Of a DNA stretch of 64,000 nucleotides, positions 22,962 to 35,223 are shown piece by piece. The notes under the pieces are model-generated. The model searched no databases. It worked only from the letters and a program-made list of their open reading frames with translations, and had not been told where the DNA came from. The DNA lies in the NCBI GenBank assembly GCA_004764695.1, contig SMSO01000031.1, positions 7,050,761 through 7,114,760 on the forward strand, in the 5' to 3' direction. How positions within the stretch are numbered: position 1 is the stretch's first letter; each line of letters begins with the position of its first letter. This stretch comes from Schizochytrium sp. TIO01 (Eukaryota; Protista; Bigyra: Labyrinthulomycetes). A program made the translations under genes and the position numbers.

Positions 22962-23898
22962 GGCTGGCAAGGTGACAACATGAAGTAAATTAAGTTATTT
23001 TGGTCTCTATTCTCGCTTTGCATGCAAAGTAGTGCCCTTGGAGTGCGCGTAGATGTGGTGCTTCTTCGATTCGTGAGTTGCTGTTGTGCAAGATTCATTT
23101 AGCCTCCGTCGATGATGGCAGTTTTACCAGCGACTGCGAAGTCGCTGAGACCGTCTTCACATCAACATCGATGTGCTCTGAAAGATGGCACTAAAAGCTT
23201 TTTGGTGCCACAGGGCTAAATAAAGAAGAGATACCAGCGATGAGATGAAAAGATGAAGGTACCACCTACCTTCGGTGGTTATTGATGGCCGTTCTCTGCA
23301 GAGATCGAGAACCGCGGTAGTAGAAGCAGTACTAGAACGAGAGCGAGGCAAAGCAGAGAGAACCGAAGGTCAATTGACTACAATTCCCAATTCTCACCAC
23401 GCTCATGTTTTGTGAAGCAACTTCTTCTAATGATTCTTTCTTAAAGCTATATCATATCCACTGTCTGTCTTTAGTTCATTATATACATAAGATATCTAAC
23501 AATACTACTGAGTAAAGAAATAAACACATCTGCTTATATAAAATCAACGAAAACTGCATTCAAGTAGTAAGTACTCCATGTACTACTGAGAAATGATAAG
23601 CTTATAAGCTATCATTGTTTTCTTTCTTTCTTTTCCTTTGTATGCCCCTCGCTAGTTAGGAGCTAATAAGTACAAGCGATAAATAAAAAAATAGAAAAAA
23701 TAAAAAAATATAAATATAAATAATAATAATAATAATAATAACATTAATAACAGCAACAACAACGATAGCAACAACAACAAACAATAACAACAAACTTTTT
23801 AAAAGTACTTTAATAACAAAAAATCACAACAAAGGAAGGAAGGTGGGCCGCATAGGCTATACCCTAATACCCACCGCATTTCTGCTAAGGGTGGCAGA

Positions 23899-23932
23899 CG
23901 GTCGGTCGGTCGGTCGGTCGGTCGGTCGGTCG
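23899..23932. repeat. (CGGT)8 microsatellite
   Basis: Read directly from the sequence. It follows an A-rich (AAT)/(AAC) tract at about 23680-23800. Confidence 0.9.
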
Positions 23933-24352
23933 CCCTGGAAGGAGACCACGCCAATCGTGAATCGTGATCGATCGCTGGAATTATTCTTGCGAGAAGCCGT
24001 GAAAGCGGCGATCGGAGGCAGAGAGGTGGAGGTCCAAACAAATAGGACGGCTTTGGCGCCGCTGCAGATCAACCGCAGGCTCTGTCTGCATTGCCGCGTG
24101 TCCTCGAGCAATCTCTCTCAGCATTTCTCTTTCACCTCTACAGCCTCTACAGCATTGCATTAACATAGGTGCGTACCCACTACACAGCATAAGAAGGTTA
24201 ATGAACTATTTTTAATTTTAAAATTTATGAATCACTGATTGATTATTCAGTGGGAAGAAGCCCTACCGATACACCTATATACGCAGTAGCTTACTTATGT
24301 ATTAATTGATCTCATCTACATTCTTGTGATGTAGTCTTTTTTGAGGAATTGC

Positions 24353-24402
24353 ATTGATTGATTGATTGATTAATTGATTGATTGATTGATTGATTGATTG
24401 AT
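24353..24402. repeat. (ATTG)n microsatellite with one interruption
   Basis: Read directly from the sequence. Confidence 0.9.
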
Positions 24403-25123
24403 CATAGGTATCATGAGCAATGGACGATGATCACTGCGACCAAAGTGGGAGAGAAACTATGAATGCCTCGAAGACCTGCCCTTTGCTCCTTTCCGAGAAA
24501 CTAAAGCGCCGGTAATTAGGTAGGTTATGTATTATGCAGTCTACCGTGAATATCGATGAGCGTCATGGCTCACTCGTTCAAGAACACACTAAGTACCTAT
24601 TACGTACAATTGGCTGACTTCGAAATATTCCAGCTCAGCTAAACTTAGAAACTCAGTTAGTAAAGTATGTTACAACTGCACTATTTAACATGTCTTCTGC
24701 TGAGTCTTTGAGCATCAATACATATATACATATATATACATTTATATATATGTTTCTTAGAAACTTTTAAAATGCTTATTTTTAATTGTAAAAAACCATA
24801 ATGAGGAAAATAAAAAAATAAAAAAATGATGACTCGGACGATGATGCGAAACATTATTTAATTTTAATAAAATGGTCTCAAATAAAATAAAAATAATAAT
24901 AGCCAGAAACAAACTATAATGAAAAGAAGATGCGATATGTTAACAGTTTATAGCGAATACCTGTAAGATAGCGCCTATCTACCAAAACGGGTTCCCTTAG
25001 TTGTAGTGAATGATGGGTGTAGTAAGGGGCAGTAGCAGTGGGCTAATCCTAATTTCGAGTGGAACACAACTCAGAACAAAGCGTGGTGTTCTGTCTGTTG
25101 GGTGGTAAAAGAACATTTGGTAC

Positions 25124-25151
25124 AAAGAAAAGAAAGAAAGAAGAAAGGAAG

Positions 25152-25190
<39 letters not shown>

Positions 25191-25298
25191 ATAGAAAAAC
25201 AAAGAAACAAAGAAACAAAGAAACAAACAATCAATCGAACAAAAACAAACACAGCGCCGCGTGCGACGAGCGAGCGAGCGAGCTTGCTGGCTGGCTGC
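25124..25298. repeat. Compound microsatellite (AAAG)n(TAAA)10(AAACAAAG)n(GCGA)n(CTGG)n
   Basis: Read directly from the sequence, about 1.1 kb upstream of the kinase ATG. Confidence 0.9.
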
Positions 25299-26400
25299 CG
25301 GTGTTGCTGCGGGCACGGCAAAACCCTGTGGTCGTGAGGAAAGGAGGCGTCTGCGCGGAGCAGAGGTCTACTGCAGTACTCTTCAGTGACCAAGGCTTTG
25401 ACTAGACGTCCATTCGCAGGCAGCGTCCATTGTGGTCGTTCGTTCATTCAATTTGTTCACTCGCTCATTGAACAAGACCTGGCTTGCTTCGCCCTGACTT
25501 GCATACTCTCGGACGGATCCTCTTCTGGCAGCGGAGCTCTTCAAAACACTCGGGACCACCGTGCTTTCTCTCTCTGGCCTGTATCTCCTTGGCGCTTTCT
25601 CGGTTCTTACCTTCATACCTGGTAAAGCTTCTTTGTTTTCTCCAGTTCTGAGGAATCAAAAGCAACAGCGTGCACCCCGCTTCAGCAACGCCGTACTGCG
25701 TTCACTAGACTGCTGCGTCGCCATAACTTGTGAGACTATCTGGTTTGACCATCAACTAGCTTGTAATCCTGGGTAGAGAGAGGTGCCTGCTGTGCGTGCC
25801 TTCGTTGCTTGCATTGAATTTCTCATAGCGTAGGGTACGTGTGTACGGCCTTCTTATTTGGAAAACCTCTTGGTCATTTCCTTCCTCATATACTTTCTTC
25901 ATTTATTGAATTTGCGGTGCTGTCCTTTGCTCCTCAATAGCTGTTGCGTTGCGGATCCTTAAAAGGGAGAGAGTGTATCGAAGGTTGTATCTGTTAGTGC
26001 ACAAACGTGCATAAAAAGGTGCATCCACGTTTCTTCTCTAAATTTTAGCAAGAAGAACGTGGGCTTTGATTATCATTAAATCAAAACCCCTACGTGACTT
26101 TTGCATTTGCAACAACCAACTTTTGACCTCTTTGTTGTGTTTTTGAATAACTAGGACTGGGCTTGGCCACAGGTTTGGTCTGCAAAGTATTGTCTATAAA
26201 TTATAGATAAGGAAAGGTCCGTTACGTACGCTAACCATAGACTTAGTCATATTCCCATACCAGGAATAGGGTAACTTGTGTACGCGAAACACCTATTATA
26301 AGTACATATCGTTCACTTCTGACTGTGCCATTTGTTAGGTGTACAGTAGCATCCATATCAAGAGTGGAGTAATTCAATACACAACACATCACCAGCCGAC

Positions 26401-28461
26401 ATGGGTTGTACATGCTCAGCTGAGGTCGACCGCACCGCAGAAGAAGACCTTGTTGGTGGCGTCGGTCGCACCGTCAAACAAGTAAACTACGATGAAATTC
26501 CAGATGATCGCCGTCCAATGGTTGCGCTTGAGGTTCTAGCTAGCCGTCGAACGGTGTATCGAAAGAAAATGCGCAGATTTATGCCAAATGGCGATCTTGA
26601 CTACAACACAGACAGCAAAACACTTCATCTTCGAAACCTCCTTGATGAGCCTGTGGGGCACTTCTACCTGGTGGAATTTGCAACGGAGAAGAAACTCCCA
26701 GATATGAAGAAGCTTGTCCTTGCATGGGTCGCTATTCATGGGCTCTCGTCACCAAAGGAGGTCGAACTCCGCGACGTGCTTGAGCAGGCGGATATTGAGG
26801 ACCGTGAGGGGGAGTCAACATCTGAAAGGGGACGTGGATCCTCCAAGGCCCTTGCACCCTCACGCACTTCAAGTGTAGATGGCGTGGAAGAGGAAACCAA
26901 AGATGATGGCTGTGCAACAAAGGAATTAAACGACGCGAAGAGCAAACGTGACCTGTATCATGAGCGTGAGTGGCCAACAAACGAAGAGATTTTTGCAGCA
27001 GCTCGCATGGTTCTTGATAAATACCTCAAGGCTGAAGTAGAATATTTCCTTGGTTCCATTGTTGGCAATGATATTTGTGCAACATCGGCAGAAGCTTGTG
27101 AGGCTGCTTTGACCTCTCAGGATGTAGAGGCTGTGCCCACATCACTTCGTGAACTTCAAAACCTTGTCTTTCGAACAATTCTTGACAAGGGATATTACAG
27201 CAAGTTCAGGGAGCACTCTGAGTACAAACGCTACAAGATGAAGTTTGCACGGGTGTATAACACTATCTCACATCGCGACTTTGACTTTATGTCGACCTTG
27301 GGCAAGGGTTCTTTTGGTCGTGTTCTTCGCGTGCGGAAAAAGACAACAGGCGCACAATATGCACTCAAGGTCATGAGCAAGAAAAAGATCCTAAACGGAG
27401 CAGAGAGTGCTGATCAAGTCACAATTGAGCGCAACGTTCTCGTGACATGTGATTGTCCGTCCATTGTGCGCCCTGAATTTTCCTTCCAAACCTCCAGAGC
27501 TTTATTTCTTGCCCTTGAGCTTCTCGAGGGTGGTAACCTCGTGGACGCCATGCAAGCTAACAATGGCACACTCAACATTAACCAGGCTCGTTTTATTGTG
27601 GCAGAGATTGCCCTCGGTCTTGAGCACATGCATAAGCACGGTATCCTCTATCGTGATCTTAAACCAGTGAATGTCATGTTGGATCGCCGTGGCCATGCAG
27701 TGTTGACGGATATGGGTCTCTGTGCCAAGATTCGCCCAAGCGAATTCCCGAAAGAAGATGGTGCACTGTCTTCAAGCGGCACCCGCCTCCTTCGGCGAAA
27801 GTCGATGCCTATCCTCAAGTCTGAGGAGCTCAAATGCGTCGGAACATTTGGTTTCCGTGCTCCTGAACTCTTGGAAGCCTCGGAGACCAAGAATGGCTAC
27901 GGCCCTGCTGTTGATTGGTGGTCGCTTGGCGTAACTTTGTACTATCTTGTCTCGTCTAAGCTTCCATTCCAGCGCAGAACAATTCGCAAGAGCATTCTTG
28001 GTGGCCCTCCCAACCCCCGCGAGCAAGAGCGGAGGTTACAAAGTGAGCTGCACGTTGCTCCGGATTGCGACGAAGACCTCGCTAATGCGGTTTTTCAATT
28101 TCTGGACAAGGAACCTGAACTTCGACTCGGCCGTGATCCAGCCGAGCTTCGTGCCCATCCTTTCTTTGCCTCTATTGACTTTGAGAAACTTGCAAAACGT
28201 GAGATCAAGCCACCATACAGGCCGCATGTATCACGCCGCTCGGCCAATGAGAAGCCTCAATTTGATGGCCTAGCTGAGGCTATGCATCAATTCTCGCAGG
28301 ATAATGTTCTTGAACTCTTTGGTGGTGAAAACGAGATGCAGGAGGAGTACACTCACGTCGGTCGCTCGCAGCAGCGCCTCTTCCGAGACTGGGACTATCT
28401 GCCAGATGAACTCCTTGAGCCTGATTGGAAGCTTTGCAATGAAGACAAACTCTTCCCATAA
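26401..28461 (+). CDS. RGS-domain AGC kinase, G-protein-coupled receptor kinase (GRK)-like
   Basis: 686 aa starting MGCTCS, with an RGS-like segment LRNLLDEPVGHFYLVEFA. Kinase motifs are GKGSFG, YALKVM, YRDLKPVN, TDMG and GTFGFRAPE, and the AGC tail is HPFF..IDF...IKPPY. Confidence 0.85.
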   Translation: MGCTCSAEVDRTAEEDLVGGVGRTVKQVNYDEIPDDRRPMVALEVLASRRTVYRKKMRRFMPNGDLDYNTDSKTLHLRNLLDEPVGHFYLVEFATEKKLPDMKKLVLAWVAIHGLSSPKEVELRDVLEQADIEDREGESTSERGRGSSKALAPSRTSSVDGVEEETKDDGCATKELNDAKSKRDLYHEREWPTNEEIFAAARMVLDKYLKAEVEYFLGSIVGNDICATSAEACEAALTSQDVEAVPTSLRELQNLVFRTILDKGYYSKFREHSEYKRYKMKFARVYNTISHRDFDFMSTLGKGSFGRVLRVRKKTTGAQYALKVMSKKKILNGAESADQVTIERNVLVTCDCPSIVRPEFSFQTSRALFLALELLEGGNLVDAMQANNGTLNINQARFIVAEIALGLEHMHKHGILYRDLKPVNVMLDRRGHAVLTDMGLCAKIRPSEFPKEDGALSSSGTRLLRRKSMPILKSEELKCVGTFGFRAPELLEASETKNGYGPAVDWWSLGVTLYYLVSSKLPFQRRTIRKSILGGPPNPREQERRLQSELHVAPDCDEDLANAVFQFLDKEPELRLGRDPAELRAHPFFASIDFEKLAKREIKPPYRPHVSRRSANEKPQFDGLAEAMHQFSQDNVLELFGGENEMQEEYTHVGRSQQRLFRDWDYLPDELLEPDWKLCNEDKLFP

Positions 28462-29957
28462 ATCAACCTTCAATCTTGAGTTCCATTGTTTCACAGGAAC
28501 TTTCATAGGCGCTCCCTTTCTTGGAGTTATCCTAGGCTTGCTTGGGCAGCCTAGTATTGTAACATCGGCCGGCTGCTCCTGTGCCCTTCCCTCGGTGATC
28601 GAGTGATCGCTTGCTGTTGGGTTGGCACGTAAGTTAAGCTTTGCTCGGCGATGAGTTTTTTCTCATTGTGCGTGTGTGTTTCTCTCCTCGTTCATGTGTC
28701 GTGTGGTGTGGTGTGGTGTGGATCTGGCGATTGCCTTGGTTTGGTGAATGTTGACGTGCTTCACGGAGACAGCAACACTGTACTCGCGACGTGAACCGTT
28801 GAAATTCATTGCAATAGACATGTTGTCTGAGCAGCCAAATATCAGAGAAGACATCGTCTCGATTGATGTAAAGTACCCTCTCCATCATTCCAAATCTCAA
28901 TCTCCAACCATACATTCTATACAGAGGATTGGTCACATACTGTGCCCCCCTCATTTTCCATGTCTTTTTCATTTTTTTCTTCCCTTCATGTTTTCTTTCT
29001 TTCTTTTATGTGTGACGTTGACCATTTTATGTTTGTTTATTTCCCTTTCAAATTCTTTTCTACACCTTGACTTGACACCTGCCCCATCTTGATTAAACGC
29101 TTACATTGCGCATTGACTTGCCTAATTCTTTTGATTTAGATTATGAGGAGCAAATAGACTTCTGTTGGCAACACTCTCATCTTTTGTGAAAAAGACACCA
29201 ACTAAAAATTCAACATGTTATCAAGGATTCCCTATGGCTTCTTTTTTTTAATTCTCCTCCTCCTCCTACTTCCTTCCTGGTCCCAGCTCTTTGCGGCATC
29301 CATTCACCTCAAAGTATCAAGTCTTCTCTGACAATTTTCTGCTTTTCAATGCTCCTTCAAGTCCCAGACTTACTTTCCCTCTCTACCTAAAACACTAGCT
29401 CCGACTATTAAGACGAAGCGCGATTCTTAGTTTGGATGGCAAAGAAGAAGACAAGAAACCTGATCCAAATCCGTCATCTAACGCAGTTTGCGATACCAGC
29501 AGGCACGACGAAGATCAACAAAGCTGGCTTCTGCATTCCTCGTAGGTTCCCCATCTTCTTTCTGCGGAATTGCATGGGAGGTAGCGAGCGACGATTGGAC
29601 TTTCTAGCAGGTACGCACATAGAACTCTAGATAGGCACTAGTTAGCAAAAAGTAGAGTTCACAATAGTTTATTCACTCACTCATCAATTGAATAGAACCA
29701 TCGATTGATTTTCTTCATTCCTTCTCTGGCCAAGTTCAAGGGGCGTTCATCCGCTCGCGACTTTCACCAATTGAGCTGCATTTGAGCAACCAGCCGGCCA
29801 GTAGACCTCGGCTGGCGGTCTTTCGATCCTTTGCAAGGTTGTCCTGTGCGAGTTGTTGGCCAGTGCCTTGTGGCTTCTGGCACTCGAATTGGTTGGTGGC
29901 TAACAAGCTGCAAAGCATCTGAATCTCCATCTTCGAGGCGTTCTAGTCGAAGGCACG

Positions 29958-32405
29958 ATGGGTAAGAAGAAAGGCGGCGGTGGCGGCGGTGGCGGTGATG
30001 CCAAAGCTGCCAAGAAAGAGGAGAAGCGTCGTAAGCAGGAAGCCAAGGCCCAGAAGAAGGCAGGCAAGCAGGCCAAGAAGAAAGGTCTTGATGACGATGA
30101 GGACGACCTGGACGCCCTTCTGGCCGAGTTCCGCGCTAAGGATGCCGACCGCACGGCTGTCACGATTGAGGTCACGGAGCCCCCGACGCCTCGAGCATAT
30201 TTCTCCTTCACGCCGCTTGAAGGCCAGCACAGCAACGAGCTGCTTGTCTTTGGCGGTGAGATCTTTGACGGCAACATGAGCGAATGCTACAACGACCTGT
30301 ACCGTCTCAACCTCGACAAACTTGAGTGGAAGAAGATATCATCTCCAAACTCCCCTGATCCTCGTAACGCCCACCAGACTGTTGTAGTTCGTGACACAGC
30401 TTACATCTTCGGTGGTGAGTTCTCGAAGGGATACCAGTTCCACCACTACCGCGACACATGGAAGCTCGACTTGAACAAGAACGCTTGGACACAGCTCGAG
30501 CTCAGGACAGGACCCTCTCCTCGATCGGGCCACCGTATGACGGTCTGGAAGCACTTTATCGTGCTCTTTGGAGGCTTCTATGAGACCAGTCGTGGCTGCA
30601 ATTACTACGATGATCTCTTCTTCTTTGACATGCGCGAGGAGAAGTGGCACCTTGCTGTGCCCCCCAAAACTGCAATTAAACCTTCCGCTCGTGGAGGATT
30701 TCAATTCAATTGCCACAATGGTCGTAACACAATCTATCTTTATGGAGGAAACCGCGTGTCAGTCTCAGCAACCACTGAGCGAGCACGGAACTTTGACGAT
30801 ATGTGGGCATTGCACCTAGCGCTTCCGCCTAAGGCTGGCATGTGCCCCGAATTCCGCTGGGAGTCTGTGCCGAACAAAGGAGCGGTGCCGCCTCGCAAAA
30901 GCGGAGCCACGAGTTGTGTACACAAGAACCGCATGGTGCTTTTTGGAGGCGTTGTGGACAAAGAAACCTCCTACGATCTCGAGAGCGAGTTCTTCAATAC
31001 ACTGCATGCCTTCGACATGGAGCGTCGCAAATGGTATGAACTCAAAGTAAAACCCAAGTCCAAGGCAATCAAGGACAGGCGTCGCAAGAAAGATCGCTCT
31101 GGAGTGACTATTGCAACGAACGATACCTCATACCAGGATAGCGTCTTTGACGAGGAGGACGACTACGCGAATGACGAAGATGAAGAAGAGGACGAGGACT
31201 ATGGCAATGACGATGACGGTCTCGATGATAACGCCTTTTACGTCATTATCGATGGCAAGATCACCAAGATTGAAATGGATGACGACGAAGAAGATAACGA
31301 AGACGCCAAGGGCTCTTCTTCAAGCAAGGAGACGGGAGAAGCAGGAGCTGCAGATTCAGAGCCCATGGCACCGCCGCCTGCACCTTCTGCTGAAGATACC
31401 ACTAACGACTCACCTGCGCTGAGCAACATTGAGGGTGCTACCGGTGCAACCAAGAGCGGTGCTCTAATCGATAACAGTAAGCAACTTGACACCGTTGCTG
31501 AAGACGAAGTCAATGAAGAATCTGCTGCACAGAACGATGAGCCGAAGCTGTCAAAGGAGGAGCAGAGGGCAGCCAAAGCAGCCAAGGACGCTGCGGCCAT
31601 CGCTGCAGCGGTTGGCGATGAGTCCAACGCGCCCCGGCCTCGTATTGGCGCTGGTCTGGCTGTCCAGGGCAGCAAACTCTTTGTATATGCAGGCGGCACA
31701 GAGGTCGGCTCTCGTCAGATCACCTTCGACGATCTCTGGTACGTCGACCTCAACCAAATGGACAGGTGGCATGAAGTTTACGCCGGAAAGTGGCGCGATA
31801 TTGCTTGGTATGAAGATGGTGATGATGACGAGGATGACGATGAGGACGATGACGAGGACGATGATGATGAGAGCTACGATAATGATGATGACGAGGATGA
31901 TGATGATGATGAAGGTAACGAAGAGTCTAACCTCTTTGGCGGCCTGACCCCTGCCCAGAGAGCCAAACGTCTCAACGATTTACGCTCAAAGCTTCAGCTT
32001 GGAGATGATTCGCGTACACCCAACGTCAAGGAACCCCTTCGCGACTTCTTCCGCCGCACGCGCGATATTTGGGTTCGCGAGGTACTTGAGCAGACTAAGG
32101 AGCGTCTTACTGGTAAGGAAATTCGCCGCGAGGCTTTCAAACGCGCAGACACTCGATTCAATGAACTTCTCCCTGTTCTTCAAGAGCTTGATGAGCTTGA
32201 AGAGGATCAAAAAATGGCAGAGGAGATGCAGGCTCAAGAAAAGGATCGCCTTCGTGAAAAGCTTCGTGAAAAGGCGAAGAAACGCAAGGCCCACTTAGCA
32301 AAGGTGGCCAAGGGTGAGAAGCGCGCTGAGGCCAAGCGAAAGGGCAAGGGCAAGAAGGGTAGCGACGATGAGGACGAAGACGATTCTGATGAGGAATCGG
32401 ATTAA
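29958..32405 (+). CDS. KLHDC4: Kelch domain-containing protein 4 / Kel3-like with acidic tracts and a DUF4110-like C-terminus
   Basis: 815 aa starting MGKKK. Motifs include PPTPRAYFS, ELLVFGGE, YIFGGEFS..QFHHYRDTW and GPSPRSGHRM, with C-terminal TP..KEPLRDFFRRT..W and GKEIRREAF. Confidence 0.9.
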   Translation: MGKKKGGGGGGGGDAKAAKKEEKRRKQEAKAQKKAGKQAKKKGLDDDEDDLDALLAEFRAKDADRTAVTIEVTEPPTPRAYFSFTPLEGQHSNELLVFGGEIFDGNMSECYNDLYRLNLDKLEWKKISSPNSPDPRNAHQTVVVRDTAYIFGGEFSKGYQFHHYRDTWKLDLNKNAWTQLELRTGPSPRSGHRMTVWKHFIVLFGGFYETSRGCNYYDDLFFFDMREEKWHLAVPPKTAIKPSARGGFQFNCHNGRNTIYLYGGNRVSVSATTERARNFDDMWALHLALPPKAGMCPEFRWESVPNKGAVPPRKSGATSCVHKNRMVLFGGVVDKETSYDLESEFFNTLHAFDMERRKWYELKVKPKSKAIKDRRRKKDRSGVTIATNDTSYQDSVFDEEDDYANDEDEEEDEDYGNDDDGLDDNAFYVIIDGKITKIEMDDDEEDNEDAKGSSSSKETGEAGAADSEPMAPPPAPSAEDTTNDSPALSNIEGATGATKSGALIDNSKQLDTVAEDEVNEESAAQNDEPKLSKEEQRAAKAAKDAAAIAAAVGDESNAPRPRIGAGLAVQGSKLFVYAGGTEVGSRQITFDDLWYVDLNQMDRWHEVYAGKWRDIAWYEDGDDDEDDDEDDDEDDDDESYDNDDDEDDDDDEGNEESNLFGGLTPAQRAKRLNDLRSKLQLGDDSRTPNVKEPLRDFFRRTRDIWVREVLEQTKERLTGKEIRREAFKRADTRFNELLPVLQELDELEEDQKMAEEMQAQEKDRLREKLREKAKKRKAHLAKVAKGEKRAEAKRKGKGKKGSDDEDEDDSDEESD

Positions 32406-33468
32406 GCGTTCTCCTAGCTATGTTGCATCGGTGCTTTAACACTCATGTCTTTCTATATTCTCTTTAGTGCGAACGCAGACGAATTCTAAATATCGTTAGT
32501 ACAGCCATGTGGCCAATAAAATGAAAAGGATATTTCCTTGGTATTTTCGTCATAAAAAGCAAAACATTTCTTAGTATTTTATTCTTAGTCCATTTGCTCC
32601 TGCCAGCTAATAACAACAACAAAGGGTAAAACTTGACCTCGTAGCACCAGTATTGGCAACATCAGAATCTATATCATAAAAAGCGAGTGTTGATTGTGAC
32701 GTAGCTGTATAACACGGTGAAAATTTGTCAACAGTTGGATAACGAGGCAACCTTAGCAAGGGGGACCGACACGGGTCAAGATACACGCATGCGTGCAATT
32801 CTTTCCATCATTCTCTAGATAAGGTATAGATAAAGTGTTCTCAAGGATCACGAGCGAGCGAGAAAAGTAAAAAAAATTATTGCTTGGTACCTGACTCAAC
32901 TGTGTGCAAAAGATTAGTTCTCCACGAGGGTGGGCTTCTCGCCGAGCTCCTTGGCGAACTCGAGCTGGCGAGCCCTTGGTGCGGCAGAGCGGTATTTGCC
33001 GGTGGACCTGCATGGTGTTTCGATCCACGAATCAATTGATTTATTAAACACCAGTAAACAACAACCCAGAGGAAGGATCGTATTTTAGTTTAGTGGCAAT
33101 TTATATACCAAAACAATGTGTCAATTTTGTTAGTCAACGGGTTCGTCCTATCCCTGAGAACTGAGTATTTTTATGTATTTGTACAGGTTGGTATCCTGCT
33201 ATTCGCTAGAGTTCTCCATCTGACGCCGCTCGCTTTCCAAAGTGCATTCATTCTATGCATGAAGCACTTTCTCAGTCCCATCATGAAAAGTGCGGACATG
33301 ACATCATTTTCCACGAGACTGGACACGTCCATGCTCACTGAAGGAGGAAAGTTGGAAAGAGTCCTGGATAAGAAGATATGGAGTGGCTCAGATCTCAACA
33401 ATGGCAGTGGTCATACAAATGGAAAATAAACTCAGCAGGCTCTCAAAGCATACAAGAATAAAGTAAAC

Positions 33469-33630
33469 TTACGGGTCCTCCATGCCAAAGTACTGGTCAG
33501 TGGGGTAGCCGAGGGCAAGACGTGCCCTTGGGACGACAGTGGCAAGGCCGATGGCAAAGGTGCCAATGGCAAGGCTCACAATGACCATAGGCTCGCGGTC
33601 GAGCGCATGACGGATGAACTTGCTGGCCAT
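33469..33630 (-). CDS. 53-aa single-TM protein resembling complex I accessory subunit NDUFA3/B9/NI9M
   Basis: MASKFIRHALDREPMVIVSLAIGTFAIGLATVVPRARLALGY fits the 'EP + hydrophobic helix + P.R..LG' pattern. The ATG has AAA context and codons are GC3-rich like the housekeeping genes here. Confidence 0.68.
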   Translation of the reverse strand: MASKFIRHALDREPMVIVSLAIGTFAIGLATVVPRARLALGYPTDQYFGMEDP

Positions 33631-34800
33631 TTTGATAAAAGAAAAGACAAGTTTAGTCCTATGTAGCCTGTTATTCACAAGCAGTCCACACCATCACCAT
33701 CGATCACCATATCCGTGAGACCATTTTAAACCCACAATACCCCACGTAGAAGACACCAACGCGTCAAATTGTGCCGAGATACATGACGAAGTTAACAACA
33801 TTCACACGATCAAGATCATTAAGGCAAACGCACAAGTCACAAGACATCGCACAGGTCCACGGAGATATCAAACCCACGAGAGCGGCACGTAAATGCGGAA
33901 TCCCATAAGCCACAAAGGTAAATAACATACACACATAAGCAAACAAAACAGCAGAAAGCGTGATCGTCAGCAAATCCATCATCAGCATTTCCTCGACTAC
34001 CCCTGTGAGCTGGCCGGTCCCAACGGCCACATACACTAGCTTAAGACACCACGGGTCCTCCGAGAGTGCCGTAGCTGCGCGGGGGTGCCGCTACACCCTA
34101 TCCATAGCGCGAAGTAAGCGCGGCCCGTCACCTACGTACGATAATCTGCTTGCTCTGCAGCGCCATCGAGGCAGCAGAGCCAGTCCGAACCACCTTAATT
34201 TCCAGATAAGGTTCACTTGAGTAAGTGAGTTATGATCATTTTGGAAGTGAATTATAGACTTATTAAGGTGTATTATACAATACGATATAGTTGAATAAAG
34301 AGATTAGTTGTTGAGTTTGCCATGTGTAAAACAGGGGGTCATTTTGGAGAAGGGGCGCCTAGGATCCATTAGAGTTAGGCATAGGAGTCGGTTCACATAG
34401 GAGGCTATAGAAAAGGTTAGCTGTGCAGGCATAGGATATTCTCTTTTTTGAGACTCGTTCAAAGTTTTTATTTATTGTTGTTATTTTTTAATTTATTGTT
34501 GTTATTTGTTTATTTTTAATTCTGATTTTAGTAGAAGATTAACGAATTCCTGTTTCTTTCTTTGACTGTTTCTATGCTATCCTGACTGACTCGGATGATT
34601 TGTTTCGTACCCATTCGGAAAACCAACTTCAAGCTAAAACCTGAAGATGGTTCGACCCGCATGTCCACCCCGGTAGCTGAAGAAAGCTGCGAGTTCCTTT
34701 GTGCGTGTAGTGCATCTCTTCGAAGTTGAGAAGAGGTTTGATTCATCGCCCATCCACATGCAACGAATGATGATGATGGGCAGTTCGTTCGTTCGTTCGT

Positions 34801-34838
34801 TCGTTCTAAATAAAGGACTTCGTTCTAAATAAAGGACT
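34801..34838. repeat. Perfect 19-bp tandem duplication (TCGTTCTAAATAAAGGACT)x2
   Basis: Read directly from the sequence, preceded by (GTTC)n. Confidence 0.9.
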
Positions 34839-35040
34839 GCAGAATCAATCACTCGCTCATGCATATTGCTTACTGCACAGAGAAGGGACGAAAAGGAGAA
34901 AAGAACCGGTAATGTCATCATGAGCCATGAGGACTTTGTTTGTTTGCAAGTCGAACTCCTTTGGTTTGTTTCGCCTTGTGTTTGGCTGTGCCTCTCGAAG
35001 AGTACATCGTGAGGTACTTTACACGACACGACAAAACAAA

Positions 35041-35133
35041 ACAAGACAAGACAAGACAAGACAAGACAAGACAAGACAAGACAAGACGCATGCGTGCGTG
35101 AGTGAGTGGGTGGGCGAGTGAGTGAGTGAGTGA
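35041..35133. repeat. (ACAAG)9 followed by (GAGT)n
   Basis: Read directly from the sequence. Confidence 0.9.
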
Positions 35134-35223
35134 GGTGGAAATAGGGTCAGGGTCTCTCGAAACACAGAAAAAATCGCACTGAGGAAATCAATTCATTAAT
35201 TGATTCACCTATGGATTTAGTTG

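Noticed and set aside
23111-23377. Protein-looking frame with in-frame stops, suggesting a pseudogene or stop reassignment (similar impressions at about 17200-17500 and 58100-58350)
   Set aside because: Five internal stops in 88 codons is about the random expectation, no family is recognisable, and real genes here use all three stop codons normally.
34645-34680. GGTTCGA, a possible tRNA T-loop
   Set aside because: No cloverleaf, acceptor stem or A-box can be built around it.
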